Position numbers and translations under genes: made by a program. A DNA stretch of 64,000 nt from Octopus vulgaris (Eukaryota), in assembly GCA_951406725.2 (NCBI GenBank), contig OX597833.1, positions 64,914,001-64,978,000 of the forward strand, read 5' to 3'. The first letter of the stretch is position 1, and every line of letters begins with the position of its first letter. Under the pieces are notes generated by a model. The model was not told the origin of the DNA and did not search any database. It was given only the letters and a program-made list of their open reading frames with translations. Below are positions 58,160 through 64,000 of the stretch, piece by piece.

Positions 58160-58380
58160 GAGGCGTATGGTTCAGTGGTTAGGATGTTTTACTCATGAAC
58201 GTAAGATTGCGGTTTCGATTCCTGCACCTACCGACGCGTTGTGTTCTTGAGCAAAACACTTCATTTTACGTGATTCTAGTGCGCTGAGCTGGCAAAAATG
58301 AGTGATCCTGCGACGGATTTGTATCTCGTCTACTGAAGAGTATATGCATCGCGGAAGACGGGGAACTGGACCTTATTGTC
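58160..58380 (+). mobile_element. SINE family C, diverged
   Basis: GAGGCGTATGGTTCAGTGGTTAGG...GGTTTCGATTCC...CTTGAGCAAAACACTTCATTT. Confidence 0.8.
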
Positions 58381-58933
58381 CCTATCTCTTTATACTATGA
58401 CTAATGTCATGGTCAATGACATTAGACATAGCACCCCTGGAACATGAGGCAGCTTGGACTTGGACAAAACAGCAACAGTAATAAGAATAAATATTTGCAG
58501 GTACTTCACGTTATTTGTTCCATCAAAACATGACAGTTACAGCTTCTGGCTGACAGACAAAACCATTTATTTACTGACTATCAACGTTTGCCCGTTATAT
58601 GACGCTTAACTTTCGAAGCATACTTTCTGCATCAAGAGTAATATCAGACAATATTACAAACAGTCCATAATTTTAATTTAGCAAAGTTCATTAGAGCTTG
58701 TACAAAATAATAAAATTGATTCCACTTTTCAAAAATAAAAGAATTATAACCTGAAAATATAATTAAACTAAACACATTTCTCATTTCAATATTAGCGATA
58801 AATTTATATCTTTTTTTGTAAAATTTTATATAATTGCAGACTTCGCTGTCGAAAAACCTAAAATTTCATTAAAAAATTTATGTATTTTTCAGGACATTAT
58901 ATAACACATATCCTGCAACCTAAATGTTGACTC

Positions 58934-59012
<79 letters not shown>

Positions 59013-59321
59013 CTATCTATCAATATATCTACCTATCTATCTCTTTCTGCATCTTTCTGTATCTTTCTTTTACTTTCTCATACATAAACACACACATGTA
59101 TATGCATATGGCCATCCTGTATAAAATGACTCGTAAAAGTCGGTTCTCCGTTTTCCATGATTTATATATTCCTCAGTGGATGGGAGGCCAGTCCGTTGCA
59201 GAATCTTTTGGGGGCCTCCAATTTTTCTCAACTGATCATTAGACCAATTTCGTAAACCCATCAATAACGGATCTACAATGACAGCTGTAAGACAAATTCA
59301 CTCCAATAAAGGGAAACTATA

Positions 59322-59791
59322 TTGTGTATCAAATAGCTAACTTAAGGCGATGGCCTCATGGAGCTAATAAGCGGACAGCTTTATTCTTATTTTTATAAGA
59401 ATGCCATATTAGTATGGCGATAACTATTATTTTCCGGGAACGCTGCCGCTGTTCTCTTTTAGAGAGACTTAGTAATTTTAATATTTCTATTATTGAAAAC
59501 AAGTGGATGTATTCCACCGAAACTAGGTAAATAAAACCATCGAACAGAGATTGTCGGAAGCGACACCTACTGGCTGGCTACGCTGCATTGAAAAGGGGCA
59601 ATACCCCGAAACGCGTCTGTAGCTGCCGGTCAAGTAGTGTGGAGCGACTGACCTCCCTTGTTCAAAGGTTATATGGATACAGTTTGTGTATCAAATAGCT
59701 AACTTAAGGCGATGGCCTCATGGAGCTAATAAGCGGACAGATTTATTCTTATTTTTATAAGAATGCCATATTAGTATGGCGATAACTATTA
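59322..59791 (+). mobile_element. Retrozyme-like / PLE pseudo-LTR partial tandem (362-bp unit, 108-bp direct repeats)
   Basis: 59322-59429 equals 59684-59791 with one mismatch; HHR in between; no ORF. Confidence 0.8.
59563..59640 (+). ncRNA. Type I hammerhead ribozyme, U3-A8 covariant core, extended stem I
   Basis: GCTGCA-TTGAAAA-GGGG-CAATA-CCCC-GAAA-CGCG-TC-TGTAGC; stem I continues GGCTGGC/GCCGGTC and CTACT/AGTAG. Confidence 0.85.
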
Positions 59792-59892
59792 ATATATTAT
59801 TACCATTATTTTAAACTTATACACAGGTATGTATGTATGTATGTATGTATGTATGTATGTATGTATGTATGTATGTATGTATGTATGTATGT

Positions 59893-60265
59893 AGGCACGG
59901 GAGTGGCTGAGTGCTAAGTAGTTTTCTTACCAACCACATGGTTCCGGGTTCAGTCGCACTCCGTGGCACCTTGGGCAAGTGTCTTCTACTATAGCCTCGG
60001 GCCGACCAAAGCCTTTGACAGTGGATTTAGCATACGGAAACTGAATGAAGCCCGTCGTGTATGTGTTTGTGAGTCTGTGTTTTTCCCCAAAAAATCGCTT
60101 GACAACCGATGCTGGTATGTTCATGTCCCCGTCACCTAGCGGTTCGGCAAAAAAGACCGATAGAATAAGTACTAGGCTTACAAAGAATAAGTCCTGGGGT
60201 CGACTTGCTCGACTAAAGGCGGTGCTCCAGTAAGGCCACGGGCAAATGACTGAAACAAGTAAAAT
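59893..60265 (+). mobile_element. SINE family A
   Basis: Head, body and AAACAAGTAAAA tail; short internal microsatellite. Confidence 0.88.
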
Positions 60266-61904
60266 AGTATGTGTATGTGTATGTCTGATATGTATGCATG
60301 ATATGTGGTGGGGTGCATCCACACGAAGTAAAATATGACCAGTCATTTCGTTATATCACTGACCCCTTTTGTTTCCGATTTTACTCAGGCGTACACTGCT
60401 AGCCATTCGATGTTTGAAAAATCGTATACTTTTATACTGGTCTATTAAAAGGAATTGTTTCAAAAAAATGGTTGATATATTTTGTGTATTGCAGAAGTAT
60501 AAACAATTTATGCAGATATATTTAAACAACAAAATTTTATATGGAAACTCAAGGGCCATATTGACCCCGGTTCAAAATCAATGACTTATGCTATTATTTT
60601 AAGCCGCTAACGCTAAAGTAGAATGTATTGTAAAAATCGTGTTAACCGGAAACCTTCATTTTTATATGGAGGTTTATTTTTGGAGTAAGCCATCAAGCAA
60701 AACATAATATCGTTTTTAAAACGAAATATTTTGTCAGGAATTGTGTAGGCTATGATTCGCTATGGAGGTTATAATACGACCGGAACTGATCCGGAGTTGT
60801 CTAGCATATATAATGTAATAATTAATCAATACAATGATTAAAAGTTATATATTAAATGTAGTCTTTTCCTCACCGCATAACCGTTTCTAAACAAATCACT
60901 GGTGCTCGCCTCATTAAACATATTAAATGGAAGGAACTTGTCCATCTTTTTCCATGCAGATGTCACTCCTGAGAAATTAACCTCAGTGTTTTATGCATTA
61001 ATTTTCTGAAATGGATATAGATACCAAAATTTATATCAAGATTCAATATTTCTTTTCCTTTCTTTTTCTCGTTTCTTTTATTATTACCGCAGAATATTGG
61101 TTAATTGGATTTCGTTAATAATACTGCGATTTTTAACCTCGAGAAATTTCTCTCCAAGGGGAAATATGAAAATTCCAGAAAGGAAATTATTTTTATGTTG
61201 AAACTTTCTTTGTCATCATTTGCGTGTATTTTATTTTATTTATTCGTTTATATATTCTTTTAATTCATTCTGTAAATGTATTTTTATTATTTCATTTTAT
61301 TTATTCCGAGGATGTTGATATCATTAAATTAGAAAATAGCTGTTAATGTGATATACAATAAATTGTGTTGTATATAAGAAAACCTGTTTCTTATGATATA
61401 TCGGGTGAGTATGCCATCGTGTTTTTGTTGAAATGGGAAATTAGGGAAGCAGATGGAATATCGAAAATGCTTGTAAAACACAGCCTTAATGGGTTTGCAA
61501 AATTTCTAAAGAATTAGATTTATTTTTAAATTAATGGATTTTTTGTAATTTAAAAAAAAAAGCATAAAATAAACAATTCTGAAATGAAATAATTCCAGAT
61601 TGGAAAAAAAATAATAAATAATAGCAAGGATGCTACAAGAATTGCTTCTATTGGAACAGACGATCTGTAAGAGATTATAAGCGAATTTCTCACAAATTAC
61701 ACACGGCCGTTTTTAAAAATACAGGTACACAGTAAATAGAGAAAACTTGTCGACAATGGAACAACTTTGATCACTGTTTTGTTGAGCCTTATCTGACCTG
61801 GGAACAAACAATACCAATGCGTATGCAAAGCGAGAACGACTAGGTGGTAAAATGATTTGCTAAAAAGAGTAGTCTACACGCTGAAACAACAGGCTACATA
61901 AGAT

Positions 61905-62580
61905 GGAGGCATTCTTAGTTCAAATTCTGCCGCGGTCGCCTTTGCTTTTCATCTTTTCGGAGTCGATAAATTAAGTACCTGTTGCGTACTGGGGTCGTTC
62001 TAATCCAGTGTCTCCTCCCCGAAAATTCCGCCCTTTGTACCTGCAGTGGAAAAACATTGTTAGCACGTTGGACAAAACACTCAGTAACATTTCTTCCGAC
62101 TCATTACGTCCTCAGTTCAAATTCCACAGAGGTCAACTTTGCATTCCCTCCTTTCGAGGTCGATAAAATTCGTACCGGCCAAATACTGGTGTTGGCGCAA
62201 TTGGTTTGGTTCCTCTCCAAATATGTGTTCGCATTCTTGGTACAAGGCCAGTAAATTCTGAGGAGGAGGTCAGTCGGTTAGAACCCCCACCCCGCCTGAC
62301 CAGTGCCCAACATGTACTTATTTACATGACCATGAGAGAATGAAAGGCAAAGTCGACTTTGGTGGTATTTGAAATCAGAACGTAAAATCGGAGGAAATAA
62401 GGCTAAGCAATCATTTTTCCGTCACGGTCAATGTTTATGACATCTCACCGCCCTCCTTGTACCAAATACTGATTTCAAATTTTAGCTCAAGGCCAGCAAA
62501 ACTGTGGTGGGAGTAAGTCGATTTCATCGACTTTAGTGTTCAACAGGTACTTATTTCATCAACGGATGAAAGGCAAAGTG
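61905..62580. mobile_element. Cluster of diverged SINE family B fragments on both strands
   Basis: GTTCAAATTC...CTTTGC core on plus (61905-62200); GAAAGGCAAAGT on minus (62240-62580). Confidence 0.7.
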
Positions 62581-62598
62581 AACATTGGTAGAATCCTT

Positions 62599-63078
<480 letters not shown>

Positions 63079-63837
63079 TTCACGTAATTGTTGCAACCGG
63101 AACAGGAAACTGGTTCACGACCTCCAAAGGTCAGCAGTGTGCAACCAATGAACTACGACCATCTCCAATATTTCCTATACTTCTACAACAATGTTTCCAA
63201 CAACGTTTTGCTATGATATCAGCTACGAGGCATTCGATATATTAGGTTATCAAATTCTTTCAAAGAAACTTGGTTATCTTTGAAATCGATTTCTATCTCT
63301 TACCATGACGATCAGTTAGGAAAACGTTACTGTTTTTAATTATCTGTTCTTTAAAACTTGAAGGGAAATTACTGCAATCAGAAGATACTGGAGCAATTAA
63401 CTAAATTAAACGTTAGTTAACTTTAACGTCAGCGCTTTAAGAGATGTACGCTCTCTGAACACTGTAATTTACTTGATAGAGGAAATAACAATGTAATTGA
63501 TAATAAATTAGAGTTTTAATTCCACACGGAAATAACTAACAAAGGATCAGGACTTTACATTTCGTTGGTGTTGCAGATGTTGGTTGTTTTATTTTTTTTT
63601 CCTTTTGTTTACCACTGTTATCTCTGTATGTGTCTCTCTGTAGTTCCGAGTTCCGAGTTCCGAATTTTATAGTCTCATAAAAATAGTTTCCTATAATGCG
63701 ATTCGTTTTGCTTTATAAATGAGAATTTTTTTTATGTCATTAACTTCATGTATACAGGTATATAGGACTCTGAAGGCGTGCGGAGGTGTATTGATGTGCA
63801 TATGTGAATATGCGTCACAGTTGTGTATATGTTTATG

Positions 63838-63911
<74 letters not shown>

Positions 63912-64000
63912 TATACATATGTACATGCATATATATATATATATATTATAGATCATATATACATATGTATATATATTCATGTATATATGTATTACGGAAA

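Overview
AT-rich, microsatellite-dense eukaryotic DNA. The repeat landscape looks like an octopus (coleoid cephalopod) genome; that is my pattern recognition, not a database result. I find no host protein-coding exon, rRNA or true tRNA, and almost all listed ORFs are translations of microsatellites or decayed transposons, so the window is probably intergenic or intronic. It holds at least five tRNA-derived SINE families, remnants of RTE, R4/Dong-like and Penelope-like (PLE) retroelements, Tc1/mariner and hAT transposase relics, non-autonomous Helitrons and fold-back MITEs. The most notable signal is about ten type I hammerhead-ribozyme (HHR) motifs in several unrelated sequence contexts. Most sit in short modules whose 3' end abuts a (TA)n tract. 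One has a canonical core with an inverted copy that stops at its cleavage triplet, one has a U3-A8 covariant core inside a 362-bp partial tandem (retrozyme-like), and three share an A6U core. All folds and alignments were done by eye, and repeat boundaries are approximate.
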